This document shows, piece after piece, positions 11,852 to 25,789 of a stretch of DNA of 64,000 bases (position 1 is its first letter; every line of letters starts with the position of its first letter). The stretch spans positions 129,146,001 through 129,210,000 of the forward strand of contig OZ024741.1 of NCBI GenBank assembly GCA_964016885.1, written 5' to 3'. The notes under the pieces were generated by a model. It was not told the DNA's origin and ran no database searches. It saw only the letters and a program-made list of their open reading frames with translations. The position numbers and the translations under genes are program-made. The DNA comes from Eledone cirrhosa (lineage: Eukaryota).

Positions 11852-14850
11852 CATCATGATCATCATCATCGTTTAACGTCCATCTTCCACGCTAGCATGG
11901 GTTTGGACGGGAATTTTCCCGCTTGAGGCAAGATTGGTTGTCTTGCTCAGGACTGTCTGGCGGGTTTTCTACGGCTTGATGCCCTTCCTAACACCAACCA
12001 CGTTTACAGTGGACTGGGAGGTTTTTACCGTGTTACCTACACGGCCACATTACAGCGTGGACTGTGTGTTTTTTTGTCGTGACACCTACACGCCCACATT
12101 TGTTTCGGACTGGATGCTGTGGTACCAACATAACTTTACATTGGAAGGGGTGGTGTGGATGGTGTGGGGGTAGTGGGGCCCGGGGTGTATTTTTGTTAGA
12201 GGTGCCTACTGACTAGGTTTCGCTCTGTACTTAGGCAAGGCGGGTCTTCTGTATTACTGTGTATCGCCAAAGATCTCGGTCCAGTGACATTGTCTTGGAG
12301 AGGTGTAAGTGTGTGAGGTCGGAATTTATCAAGTCGTCCCAGGTTTTTCTGGGTCTACCTACTCCGTGGCTACCGTCTATTTTTATCGCCCTGCACTTTT
12401 TTATACAGCTGTCGTCTTTCATGCGCATCACGTGATCGTACCAACGTAGTCTTCTCTCGAGTAAACAGCATCTGATCCCTCTTGTTCCTAATTTCTCCCT
12501 TAGTAATATGAACAGCAAAGCATAAACGAACTATTACACATCCAGCGGAGCATGCAAGCTTCGTTCCTCTCCAGTCTGCGTATATCCTCTGCACACAATG
12601 CCCAGGTCTCACTGCTATGCAACATTGCTGTTCGTATGCAGGCATCATACAGCCTGCCTTTCATTTTTAGTGAGACCCCTTTAGCGGCCAATAGTGGTAT
12701 AAGCTCTCTGAACTTTTCCCATACCGTTCTGACTCTAGCTACTGTACTTTCGGAGCACCCTCCACCACTGCTGATTTGGTCACCCAGGTAACGGAAGCTG
12801 TCCACTATTTCTATAGAACCATCTGTGCAATGGAATGAGCTAGTATTCTGTGGGCACTTGCTGCTACTTATTGCGCCAGAGCACCGGCCACATATAAAAT
12901 CTATGTTCTTAGTTAGCTTAACTGTGATCCCACTACATCTTTTATGCACCCATACTTTGCATTTGGGACATAAAATGGAGTCTCTACCTACTCCTTTCCT
13001 AGACACTGAGCATGGCCATTTCCCAGATGGGACTGGTGCCCTATTTTCCTTCCTACAAACTAGAACTTTAGTCTTAGACAGGCTAATTTTAAGGCCTTTT
13101 GATTTTAGGCTATGCTTCCATATTTGGAATTTCTTCTCTAGTTCGGCCATTGATTCAGCTATGAGCGTTAGATCATCTGCGTATAGGAGTTCCCATGGGC
13201 AGCCGGTCTTGAACTCCTCTGTTATAGCCTGAAGGGCAATAATAAATAGGAGGAGGCTAAGGACGGAGCCCTGATGAACACCAACCTTTACGCTAAACTC
13301 TTCACTATATTCGTTGTTAATTCTAACCTTGCTGTCTGTTTCTTTATACATGGCTTGTATAGCTCTCACAAGTGATTCATCAACACCTAGTTTTCTAAGA
13401 GCCCACCAGATAATGGAGCGGGGGACTCTGTCAAAGGCTTTCTCCAAGTCAACAAAAGCTAAGTATAGGGGTTTACTTTTAGCTAGGTACTTCTCCTGTA
13501 GTTGTCGTACAATGAAAAGAACGTCTGTGGTACTTTTACCTGACACAAACCCGAACTGCATTTCATCGAGATCAATTCGCTCTCTGATTAGTTGCGCTAT
13601 TACTTTTTCTGTGACCTTCATGACCTGGTCGATTAATTTAATGCCTCTATAGTTACCCCTATCTAGGGCATCTCCTTTACCCCTGTAGCAGTTAATGATG
13701 ATGCTGCTACGCCAGTCCTTCGGAACGACCCCATTCTGTATGACTTGGTTTACTATCCGGGTGACCATAGTGTGTCCCACCGTTCCAGATGCTTTCAGCA
13801 TTTCAGCAACTATTTCTGAAGGCCCAGCCGCCTTACCCGTCTTCATATCTTTGATTGCCTTACTTATTATACTACCTTCAACTAACACTGCTGGTCTCTC
13901 TATTGGATCGATGTGGGGGAGACTGTCTTTCTCCCATTTATTCTTCTCATTTAGTAGCCTTTCGTAGTGACACTTCAAGCTACCTTCTTATCAGCGTCAG
14001 TGATGGCAAGTACACCATCATCATTAAGGACACACTTCTCCCCGACAATATCACTGTTTTCCTTGACACATTGCCAAGCAATCCTGAACACCTCACGTTT
14101 TTGGTCCTCGCGTTGTAGAACATACTTGAACTTTCTTTCCTCTGCTTCCCTTCTTGCGAAGTACACTTGTCTCCTAGCTTCCCTCCTGGCCACTTGATAG
14201 TCTTCTCTACTTCCCCCATCCCACCATACTTTCCAAGCCTGCTTTTTGGCCTTAATTGACTCCTCCACCTTACTGTTCCACCACTACGTTACTCTCCTCC
14301 TGCCTACAGGCCTGCTCCAGCCACAGACATCATCTGCCGCCTTCAGCAGGTTAGCTTTCAGGAATTCCCACTGTTCCTGTATATTGTACGACTCTAATTG
14401 CTCTTCCTTACTGTCAAAAGCATCAAGTAATATGCTTTTAAATTTATTACTGGCTGTGGGGTCCTTCAGCTTCCATATTTTTCTCCTGAGGATAGTCCTC
14501 TATTGTCGAGTACGTCTTGTCCTGACTATGAGGTCGCTGACTATGAGTCTATGTTGGGAGGTGCATTCTTCATGGGGGAGGGATTTAGTGTTTACGACAG
14601 ACACTCTATCACGTCTTCTGGTTGGTATGTTCCTCTGATCTATAGGTGATCAAGTGATTGTCTCGTTTTTTGAAGTTAGTGTTACAGACAGTTAGGTTAT
14701 TTGCGTCACAGAATTCCAGGATTCTGGCGCCTTCCTCATTTCTAATACCAAACCCATAGCCTCCATGGATTCCGTCATAGCCATCACAATGTTGTCCAAC
14801 GTGACCATTTAGGTCGCCAGCTAAATCGTCACGTTGGACAAGATTGTGAT
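11851..14850 (-). mobile_element. RTE-clade LINE subfamily A, 5'-truncated, disrupted ORF (endonuclease end, RT, PHD-type finger, 3' UTR, (GAT)n tail)
   Basis: GDLNGHVG endonuclease motif near 14800; NYRGI, QFGF, FVDLEKAFD, GVHQGSVLS, LLYADD and RRLRWY motifs in ORFs 12500-13978 and 12231-12518; stops and frameshifts; tail at 11851. Confidence 0.95.
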
Positions 14851-14880
14851 GATATATATATATATATATATATACCTACA

Positions 14881-14926
<46 letters not shown>

Positions 14927-15050
14927 ACATACCTACATACATATATATATATATATACCTACATACCCTATACATATGTATACCTAAATACCATATATAT
15001 ATATATATATATATATATACCTACATACCCTATACATATGTATACCTAAA

Positions 15051-15084
<34 letters not shown>

Positions 15085-15592
15085 TTACCTTATATATATG
15101 TATACTCACACACCATATGCTTGTATATACACCTACACACGTATACCTACACATCTGATACATATACACAAACACACACATATATACTCACCTAAACCCC
15201 TTATACATATGCATGCATACAAATCTTATACATATGTATACCTACACACCTTACATTTATATGTATACTTACACATCTTATACATATATATATATACTTA
15301 AACACATGCATGAACTGTGTAGATATATATCTAAACACCTTATACACATATCTCTATCTAGGGTTGGTGAAATTCCCGAGATCCATGGACAAGGTCTCTC
15401 CAGGGGTCTCTGTCCTTCATCATCGCCCCTATGTCCTGCGACTCCCAGAGATCAGTGCCTGTCCTTAGGGGTTTACCAACACACACACACCTTATACATA
15501 TATGCATACTCACGCACACCAGCTAATAAAACTGTCCTGTCTGTAGCAAGGGAAACAACTCAACCATAAGTCAGACTAACTAATGAAATAAT

Positions 15593-15774
15593 TGTTTCGA
15601 TTTTTGGCACAAGGCCAGCAATGACCCTAGTGTATTACTGGTACTTTATTTTAACGACCCCGTAAGGGTTAAAGGCAAAATTAACCTCGGTGGGATTTGA
15701 ACTCAGAATGTAAAGGGCCATAACCACGCTACAAAGCATGTTGTCTGACGCTCTACCGACACTGCTAATCCACC
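15593..15774 (-). mobile_element. SINE family B copy
   Basis: Colinear with the 4992 copy; TGAAATAAT direct repeat flanks. Confidence 0.85.
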
Positions 15775-16184
15775 TGAAATAATGTGTAATGGTTAGTAGT
15801 ATTGGTGTTGTTTTTCTTAATCCTCAGGATCAGCTAATGACAGCTATGAGAGAACCTCTGTGAAATTGCTCGATGTGCTAGAAATAGCAGTCGATTTGCC
15901 TTTAAATCACAATCCACTTTATAAAAAAAAAAGGAGGAACATATTCGACAGTCAATGTTAGTGGTGATGATGATAGTGGTGGTGATAATGATGATGATGA
16001 TGATGACAGTGATGATGATACAAATAATCTCTTTAAAAATCAGCAAATTAGCAGAGCCATTAGAGAATATATTGTGGTATTTGTTCTCTGCACACTCTGA
16101 TGAAACCAACTTTACCATACATCTCTTTAGAGTAAATAAAGTACGACTTAGTCTTACAAACTTTTGGGGTACATAAATAAAGTA

Positions 16185-17530
16185 ACACTTTGCCTTACAT
16201 CTCTTTAGAGTAAATTAAGTAACTTTTTGCCATACATCCCTTTAGTTACATAAAGTACCACTTTGCCATATATCTCTTTATTTACATAAAGTACCACTTT
16301 GCCATATATCTCTTTAGTTACATAAAGTACCACTTTGCCATATATCTCTTTAGTTACATAAAGTACCACTTTGCCATATATCTCTTTAGTTACATAAAGT
16401 ACCACTTTGCCATATATCTCTTTAGTTACATAAAGTACCACTTTGCCATATATCTCTTTATTTACATAAAGTACCACTTTGCCATATATCTCTTTAGTTA
16501 CATAAAGTACCACTTTGCCATATATCTCTTTAGTTACATAAAGTACCACTTTGCCATATATCTCTTTAGGTACATAAAGTACCACTTTGCCATATATCTC
16601 TTTAGGTACATAAAGTACCACTTTACCATATATCTTTTTAGGTACATAAAGTACCACTTTGCTATATATCTCTTTCGGTACATAAAGTACCACTTTGCTA
16701 TATATCTCTTTAGGTACATAAAGTACCACTTTGCCATATATCTCTTTAGGTACATAAAGTACCACTTTGCCATATATCTTTTTTGGTACATAAAGTACCA
16801 CTTTGCTATATATCTCTTTCGGTACATAAAGTACCACTTTGCTATATATCTCTTTAGGTACATAAAGTACCACTTTGCTATATATCTCTTTAGGTACATA
16901 AAGTACCACTTTGCTATATATCTCTTTAGGTACATAAAGTACCACTTTGCCATATATCTCTTTAGGTACATAAAGTACCACTTTGCCATATATCTTTTTA
17001 GGTACATAAAGTACCACTTTGCTATATATCTCTTTCGGTACATAAAGTACCACTTTGCTATATATCTCTTTAGGTACATAAAGTACCACTTTGCCATATA
17101 TCTCTTTCGGTACATAAAGTACCACTTTGCTATATATCTCTTTCGGTACATAAAGTACCACTTTGCTATATATCTCTTTCGGTACATAAAGTACCACTTT
17201 GCCATATATCTCTTTCGGTACATAAAGTACCACTTTGCCATATATCTCTTTAGGTACATAAAGTACCACTTTGCCATATATCTCTTTAGGTACATAAAGT
17301 ACTACTTTGCTATATATCTCTTTCAGTACATAAAAGTACCACTTTGCCTTTCATTCTTTCAGTGTACATAAATAAGGTACTACTTTGCCCTACATCCCTT
17401 TAGGGTACATAAGGTACTACTTTGTCCTACATCCCTTTAGGGTACATAATGAACCACTTTGCCGTACATCCCTTTAGGGTACATAATGAACCACTTTGCC
17501 GTACATCCCTTTAGAGTATATAAAGAACCA
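16185..17530. repeat. 36-bp minisatellite, about 30 core units plus degenerate flanks
   Basis: Unit TACATAAAGTACCACTTTGCCATATATCTCTTTAGG, directly abutting; explains the 12-aa repeat ORFs. Confidence 0.97.
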
Positions 17531-18733
17531 GCTGATGCTTGTAGATTGGCTGAATTACTAGAGTAGTGGCCAGAATGCCTTGCCATATCTATTCCAGCTC
17601 TTTACATTTTGACAGCAATGTCTGGTTGTATTTTCCCTTGGACAACATCAGTGTGTCACTGATATGAGAGACACCTGCCTTCATGATCAACTTAAACCAC
17701 CACCACTCCAGTCTGGCACCAGTGATGTTACAGGTAAACTGCAGCAATGTGAAATGAAGCGTCTTGTTCATGGACACAACACACGATCTGGTTTAGGAAG
17801 TTAAACCACGACTTTATTTTTGAGAGCCTGACACCCTAACTACTGCGCTAAGTGTCTTCACACTATAACTACTACTACTATCAACATGACCACTACTACC
17901 ACAAATATCACCAGCACCACCACTATTACTACTACCACAACCACCACTTCTACTACTACTTTCACAGTGACATGAAGGTCACCAGCAATTTCAATAACAT
18001 GATGATGATGGTGATGGTTGTACACAGCTAAATGAGGAAATCGCATGTCCTTGGGTAAAGAGATCCTCTTTAATCTGATATATGAATCAGTATATATATA
18101 CACATACACACATTCACATCCACTGACACTTTTACATTCACACGCATATATATATATATAAAAAGGCACATATATACACATACATTCACAGGCACACTTA
18201 TATTCATACACACACATTGACACACATAATTACATTCATACTCTTATATAATCAAATGCACATACACACATGCTCACATATGCACACACATGCACATACA
18301 CACAGTATATGTGTGTACGTGTTCATTTAGTTAGGTTAATCTGTCAACAACTGCTGCTACTTAGCTGTGTAATCGACTAACACTAAGAAGATCAGAGATG
18401 AAGTCCTTATCACCCCCTCTGGGATAGGAAGCTAGTCTATCAATTGCAAGGGACTTACCATCTTTTCATTATTCAGCATCACTCCTTCCTTTGCTCAGTT
18501 TTCTACCTTTTTCTCTTACAGCAAGGTAAAGAGAAGTTAACTTTGTTCTGTACTACATGAGACTATATTAGCAAGACATTCTTAAACTGTACAAATCATT
18601 ATTAAATGATCACCCTAGGATGTGAACCCCCAATGCCTGACATAGTGGGTCTTATATATTTCAGCCCTTTCATTCTCTCTCTCCTTCCCTTTCTTTCATC
18701 AATTACACACCCATACAAAATCATACACACACA

Positions 18734-18871
<138 letters not shown>

Positions 18872-18963
18872 GGTAAGTAAAAGGTAAACAGAAATAACAA
18901 CACAGTCGGTACAGTATATTGAAGGTATATATTAGGTTAACGCTTGATATAGCAGGAAGAGGG

Positions 18964-18999
18964 TCTTAACGTTTCGGACGCTAGTCCTTCATCAGAAGA
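18964..18999 (-). ncRNA. Minimal type I hammerhead ribozyme motif in a Penelope-type remnant (about 18875-19180)
   Basis: Minus strand TCTT-CTGATGA-A-GGAC-TAGC-GTCC-GAAA-CGTT-AAGA: full core, stem I TCTT/AAGA, stem II GGAC/GTCC, palindromic minimal stem III. Confidence 0.75.
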
Positions 19000-19221
19000 A
19001 AGAATGAGAAATAAAATAGATTGAGGGGACAGGCGGGATGGAATTGGAAAAAATGTCTTTGGATAAAAATAACAGGTCCATTCATATTGAGAGAAAGAGA
19101 GCAGTGCTGAGACCTTAGGGAGATGCAGAATTGTTAAAGAGATAGGTAAAATTCTGTTGGTGCTGTGGTCAAGATTTTACTTCTCTCTCTCTCTCTAGCA
19201 GGGAAAAGCGTAGGTAAAATA

Positions 19222-19400
19222 ATAATTGTTTCTACTTTAGGCACAAGGCCAGCAATTACCCAGTATATTACTGGTACTTTACTTTATCGACCCCGTAAGG
19301 ATGAAAGGCAAAGTTAACCTCGGCGGGATTTGAACTCAGAACATAAAGGGATGTAACTATGCTAGAAAGCATGGCGTCCGACCCTCTACCGATACTGCCA
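19222..19400 (-). mobile_element. SINE family B copy
   Basis: Colinear with the 4992 copy. Confidence 0.88.
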
Positions 19401-20447
19401 AATAATAATGATAATGATGGTGATATATATATATGCATGTATATACATATATGCAAAAAGTAAATGGAAGCAACAGAGCAATCAACATAGTACAATAAAG
19501 AAATATGTTAGTTTCATGCTTGATATAATAAAAAAAAAGAGTCATTACATTTCAGACATTAGTCTGTCATCGCACACACACCTCAGCAGGATATGAACTT
19601 AAAGGGCTATAACTATATGCTGCAAAGCATGTTCGATGCTCTACCGATACTGCCTAGTCATTGGTGTGACAATAATAATAATTTTCCTTGCACATAGAAA
19701 TAGAGTAAACATTATAAACATAGGGGCTTGGGAAAAGTTATATTAAAAGCAGGGTAGGGTCAAGGGCATTAAATGATAAGCAAATTAATTTGATGGTAAG
19801 AGCCTAGTGGTAAGGGCGTTGGGCTTACAATCATAATACCGTGGGTTTGATTCCTGGACTGGGTTGTGTGCTGTGTTCTTGAGCAAAACATGCCATTTCA
19901 TGTTGCTCCAGTATACTCAGTTGAAAATGAGTACCAGCAATAGCAGGGGGTTTGATTTTGTGATCAACTGGTGTCTCATCCAGGGGAGAGTCCAGTACTC
20001 TTAGTCACCATGGAAGTCAAGATAAACACTGGCCTAATGAGCTTCCTGGCTTGTGACAGATTTTAGACTTATTTTGTTTATTAGCCACAAGGGTTCATAC
20101 ATATAATACAATAGATGTTATAAACATAGGTGTCACAATATATGTGGGGATGGACAAACAGTTATACAGAGACAAGAGTAACCTATTTTTAACATAAGGC
20201 AAAAGGCCAAAACTTTTTGGGTAGGGTGGGGGTTGTGAGGGAGAGACAGCCAATTATATAGACACTAGTGTCTATAATTGTGTGTTTGTACATGTCTGTG
20301 TGTGTTCGTTTGTGTCTATATATGTGTGTGTGTGTATGCACATGTGTATATGTGCATGCCTGTGTGAATGTATCTACATCTGTGTACTTGTGAATGTGTG
20401 TACATGTATGTATGTGTGTGTAAATCTGACATCTATGTATTGAGGTG

Positions 20448-20606
20448 CATCTGTAGTGTATGTACATCTGTAGTGTATGTACATCTATAGTGTATGTACA
20501 TCTATAGTGTATGTACATCTATAGTGTATGTACATCTATAGTGTATGTACATCTGTAGTGTATGTACATCTGTAGTGTATGTACATCTGTAGTGTATGTA
20601 CATCTA
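20448..20606. repeat. 17-bp tandem repeat, about 9 units
   Basis: CTRTAGTGTATGTACAT. Confidence 0.9.
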
Positions 20607-20969
20607 TGTGCATGTTTCTGCATATGTACATGTACATATGTGTATGAATAAATCTGTGTGTGTACATGTACATGTATGTGTGTCTGTGTGTACATGTATG
20701 TGTATCTGTGTGTACATGTATGTGTATGTGTGACATCTGTGTACGTGTGTGTGTGTGTGTGTACATCTGTGTGTGTGTCTATCCTCTACTCCCTCCCACC
20801 CCACAGTTGCACCAACCAGGTGCAATAAGATTAACTTCCAAACTTATTAATGAATTACAAAACAGAGATAGGAGGAGGAGAAAGGAGATGGGTTATTAAG
20901 TGAAGTGTGTGTGTGACGAGTGTTGGTGGGAGGAGTGGCTAGTTAGTCTAATTAGGGGGAGATCATTTC

Positions 20970-21850
20970 ACCACCACCATCACCCACCATCTCACCAGTA
21001 TCACTGACACTACTTACCCCCCCCCCCCCATACACCACCACCACCACCACTACCTTACACCACTTCCGCCACCACCATCATCTACTTACTCTTTCTCACC
21101 ACTACCACTGCTAATACCACCATCACCACTACCACCACCACTACCTTACACCACTTCCGCCACCCCCACCACCTACTTACTCTTTCTCACCACTACCACT
21201 GCCAATACCAACTTTCACCACCGCCACCACCACCACCACCACTACCTTACACCACTTCCGCCACCACTATCATCTACTTACTCTTTCTCACCACTACCAA
21301 TACCAACTTACTCCACCACCACCACTACCACTACCAACTTACACCATCACCGCCACCACCACCACCACCACCACTACCTTACACCACTTCTGCCACCACC
21401 ATCATCTACTTACTCTTTCTCATCACTACCACTGCCAATACCAACTTACACCACCACCATCACTACCACCACTACCAATACCAACTTACACCATCACCGC
21501 CACCACCACCACCACCACCACCTTACACCATTTCCACCCCTACCACCTACTTACTCTTTCTCACCACTACCACCTTACACCACCACCACCACCACTACCT
21601 TACACCATTTCCACCCCTACCACCTACTTACTCTTTCTCACCACTACCACTACCAACTTCCACCACCACTACCTTACACCATTTCCACCCTCACCACCTA
21701 CTTACTCTTTCTCACCACTACCAATACCAACTTACACCACCACCACTACCTTACACCATTTCCACCCCTACCACCTACTTACTCTTTCTCACCACTACCA
21801 CTACCAACTTACACCACCACCACTACCACTACCTATTCACACCATCTCAC
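20970..21850. repeat. Complex CAC-rich minisatellite
   Basis: Recurrent CTACCTTACACCA and CTACTTACTCTTTCTCACCACTACC blocks separated by variable (CAC)n. Confidence 0.9.
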
Positions 21851-22029
21851 CCTCTTGTCAGAAAACCCAGCCAGGGTAGAAATTTTACTTTTGAGTATAA
21901 GCTTGCTTTATCATGTCTTCATTGAATTGTTTGTTTACACTATGGTGACTTGTTGTGGTTGGTGTTGTTTTAACCTCCTGTGTTGTTTGTTGTTTTGGAT
22001 TTAGTTCAACTTAGTGATATCAAATGAAT

Positions 22030-22857
22030 AATAATAATGGTTTCTGATTTAGGCACAAGACCAACAAGTTTTGGAGAAGGCGAAAGTCGATTAAATCGAC
22101 CCGTTGGGATGAAAGGCAAAGCTAACCTCGGTGGGATTTGAACTCAGAATGTAAAGGGCCGTAACTATGTGCCACAAAGCATAATGTCTGACACTCTGAT
22201 ACTTCCAATCCACCGCCCTTGAATAATAATAATAAGAAGAATAATGATTTCTACTATAGGCACAAGTCCAGCAATTTGAAGGGGTGGGGAAAGTTGATTA
22301 AATTGGCCCCAGTGCATTACTGGTACTTTATTTTATTGACTCTGTTAGGATGACAGGCAAAGTTAACCTCGGTGGGATTTGAACTCAGAATGTAAAGGGC
22401 CGTAACTCTATATCGTAAAGCGTGGTGGCCAATGTACTATCAATGATAATGATGATAATAATTGTTTCTATTTTTTGACACAAGGATAATGATAATAATA
22501 CTAATAATAAAAATTGGTCAATATCAGGGTGGGGACCCTACAGAAATCAACACTCCTTGGAACTTCTAGGATACTCAGAAAAGTGCATGACGATTGAAGG
22601 TGCCTCCCCAGTTCACTGGTTGCGTACAGCTGGCACCAAATGCTGTATGACAAGCAATATAATAATAGTAATAATAATTGTTTCTACTTTTGGCGCAAGG
22701 CCAGCAATTATCTCAGTGCATTACTTGTGCTTTATTTTATTGACCCCATAAGGATGAAAGGCAAAGTTAACCTCGGCGAGATGTGAACTCAGACCATAAA
22801 GGGGCGTAACTCTATGCTGTAAAGCATGGTGTCTGATGCTCTACCGATACTGCCCTT
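22030..22857 (-). mobile_element. Cluster of three SINE family B copies
   Basis: Copies at about 22030-22220, 22245-22445 and 22670-22857. Confidence 0.8.
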
Positions 22858-23818
22858 ATAGTGATAATAATAATACCCTATATTGAAACAAAACTGATGC
22901 CGTACACCAACAGGAGTCTATATCTCACCTCACTATCTTCTTTCTTACTAAGACTTTAGTCTTTGCTAAGCTTATTCTAAGTCCTTTTGATTCTAGGTTT
23001 TGTTTCCATGTGTGGAATTTCTTCTCTAAATTTTTACTAAGGTCATCAGCATATGTATGTCACCAGGTATAGCAGGTCTTAACCTCCTCCGAAATGAGCC
23101 AGTATTGATAGTTGCTGTCCTAACATGTGTTAACCTGTCTTTCTCTGGATCTGAAAGGAAGTGTGTTATTACTTGATAACTATCAAGGGATTCTCACAGA
23201 TAGTAAGATGTTTGCAACCAGTCCACACCCCTATTAACACGTACAACAGTAATATGGTTAATATTCGCCCTACATATACAGTTATGGTTTATTATATCAG
23301 AACATGGTATATTTGAATGTGCTACCACCACTAGAAAGGTTCTCTATCAAGACTAAAGTGCTCTCTCTACAAAATGGATGTAAAAACGATGATGATGATG
23401 CTGTATATATGTATATATATTTATGCCATCATAATCATCATCGTCATTTTAACATCTGCTTTCCCTGCTAGCAAGGGTTGGATGGGTCTACATAGACCAA
23501 GTCAGTACTGATCTCCCTGACAAGCCAGGGATCTGTTGTTTTACTTGTATGGTCTCACCTTCTACCCAAGTGCACAAAGAAGAGTGTCATGTCTTTGATG
23601 CAACTGATGTTCCTCCAACTCTTTGTTTGGCAAGCTTTCTACAGCTGGATACCCTTTCTGTCACCAACCACTTTACGTACTGGGTGCATTTATCATGTAG
23701 ATCCCCAAACACTAGGGAGGCTGTCACGCCATGACACGAATGAAGGCTCCTCATGGACCTTTGTTTGGGAAGCTTTCTATGACTGGATGCTCTTCCTATC
23801 ACCAAATGTGTGTGTGTT

Positions 23819-23859
<41 letters not shown>

Positions 23860-24127
23860 GTATATAAATATGTCTAGTCAACATCAACAGTTTTCCAAGA
23901 GATGGTAATATGAATGGACCTGTTATTTTTCTTAAATATTTTTTTCTCCATTTATGACCTGCCCATCTCAATCTTTCTATTTCTTCTTTAATTTCTCATT
24001 CTATCTTCTTAAGATTCTTTTCCTACTATATCAAGCGTATAACTAATAATATTTCTTCATCGTACTGTGTCGTTTGCATTGTTATTTCTGTTTGCTTTTT
24101 GCATACACACATATATAAAAATATAAA

Positions 24128-25500
24128 TTTAGGAATTTAGCGTATAGGTTGGGGTCCACCAGGGCTCTGTTCTTAGCCCTCTCCTGTTCATCATAGTCCT
24201 GCAGGCAATAACGGAGGAGTTTAAGACCGGATGCCCATGGGAACTCCTGTATGCTGATGACCTCGCACTCATAGCTGAATCTATGGTAGAACTAGAGAAT
24301 AAATTCCAAACCTGGAAGCAGGGACTAGAAAGAAAGGGTCTCAAAGTCAACATGACAAAGACTAAGGTCCTTGTAAGTAGACGAGAAAACAGAACCCAGA
24401 TCCCCTCAGGGAAATGGCCTTGCTCAGTATGTAGGAAAGGTGTAGGTAGGAACTCCATTCTCTGCCCCAAATGCAAACAATGGGTACACAAGAGATGTAG
24501 CGGGATCTCAGGAAGCTTAATTAAGAATGTAGGATTCACATGCAGCAGCTGTGCTGAGACAGCAAACAGCCACAGGAAACAAGTACCACCAATCTCTGGG
24601 AGGGCCCTGTAGAAACAGTAGACAGCTTCAGCTACCTAGGTGACCAAATTAGCAACGGAGGTGGGTGTTCAGAAAGTACAATAACTAGGGTAAGAACGGG
24701 ATGGAAGAAGTTTAGGGAACTACTACCACTGCTAGCTGCAAAAGGCTTCTCCCTCAGAATGAAAGGCAGACTGTATGATGCGTGTATCCGAGCAGCGATG
24801 TTGCATGGTAGTGAGACCTGGGCGCTGAAGGTGGAAGACTTACGTAGATTAGAGAGAAACGAAGCCTGCATGCTCCGATGGATGTGTAACAATAATATAC
24901 GTGAATGACAAATCATAAATGAATTGAGAGACTGAGCATAAGAGGAATCAAATGCTGTGTGCAGGAGAGGCGGTTGCGCTGGTATGGACATGTGATGCGT
25001 ATGAAGGATGACAGCTGCATAAAAAGGTGCAGAGCACTAGAAGTTGATGGAAACCGTGGAGTGGGGAGACCCAAGATGACCTGGGATGAGGTGATAAAAG
25101 CCGACCTTACCCAATTACACCTCTCAAAGACAATGACACACGACCGTGACTTCTGGCGTCACGCAGTAATACAGAGTACCCGACCTCCCATGGGTACAAG
25201 CTGAAGCATATAGACAAGATGCCCCCACACCCCCCACCGCAAGGTGGTCGTGGAGGTGCCACGGCAAAAAAGCACCCAGCCCACACTGTAAAGTGGACGT
25301 GTAGGCGCCACGAAAAAGCACCCAGCACTCACTGTAAATGAGGTTGGTATTAGGAAGGGCATCCAGCTGTAGAAATCAAGCCAAATCAGTTCCTGTATGA
25401 GCAAGGCATGGTCAGCCGACCAGACACTGCCCACAACAGGACAACCCGTCTAACCCATGCTAGCGTGGAAGAACGGACGTAAAACGGTGATGATGATGAT
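24128..25500 (+). mobile_element. RTE-clade LINE subfamily B, 5'-truncated within RT
   Basis: GVHQGSVLSP, LLYADD, PHD finger, RRLRWYGHVMR; 3' UTR distinct from subfamily A; (GAT)n tail. Confidence 0.95.
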
Positions 25501-25669
25501 AAATAAGATAAGGGTAATATTGTATATTACTCGATTACCAGTAAGATAAGTAGCTCCAGACCTATATCTGGATGAAATGATCGTAAGCAATTAAATGCCT
25601 TGAACACAATTTGATTGTTATTTATGTTGTATGTATATATATACATTGCATTGTTTGTATATTAAACAG

Positions 25670-25789
25670 ATATTGGATGAACTGCGTAAGGAACTGACAG
25701 AAGGTCAACAGCAGAAGCTAGAGTTGGTCGTTTCTCAGATTATCAAGCAGCATCAAGTTGATCTTGACCAGCTCAGGTCACACTATAAA
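25670..25789 (+). CDS. Internal coding exon B (ILDELRKELTEGQQQKLELVVSQIIKQHQVDLDQLRSHYK)
   Basis: aaacag acceptor, GTAAGT donor at 25790, 120 nt phase 0-0, coiled-coil pattern, phase-compatible with exons A and C. Confidence 0.85.

Noticed and set aside
15362-15480. Small MITE with GTTGGTGAAA / TTTACCAAC ends
   Set aside because: Ends short and imperfect, no TSD, single copy in the window
16185-17530. CRISPR array (36-bp repeats)
   Set aside because: Units abut with no unique spacers, no cas genes, eukaryotic intron
18522-18525. 4-nt microexon (cttacag|CAAG|gtaaag)
   Set aside because: Would break the frame between phase-0 exons A and B; no other support
25545-25590. Hammerhead-like GCT..GAAATGATCGTA-AGC
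   Set aside because: Stems I and III are plausible but the CTGANGA core is absent
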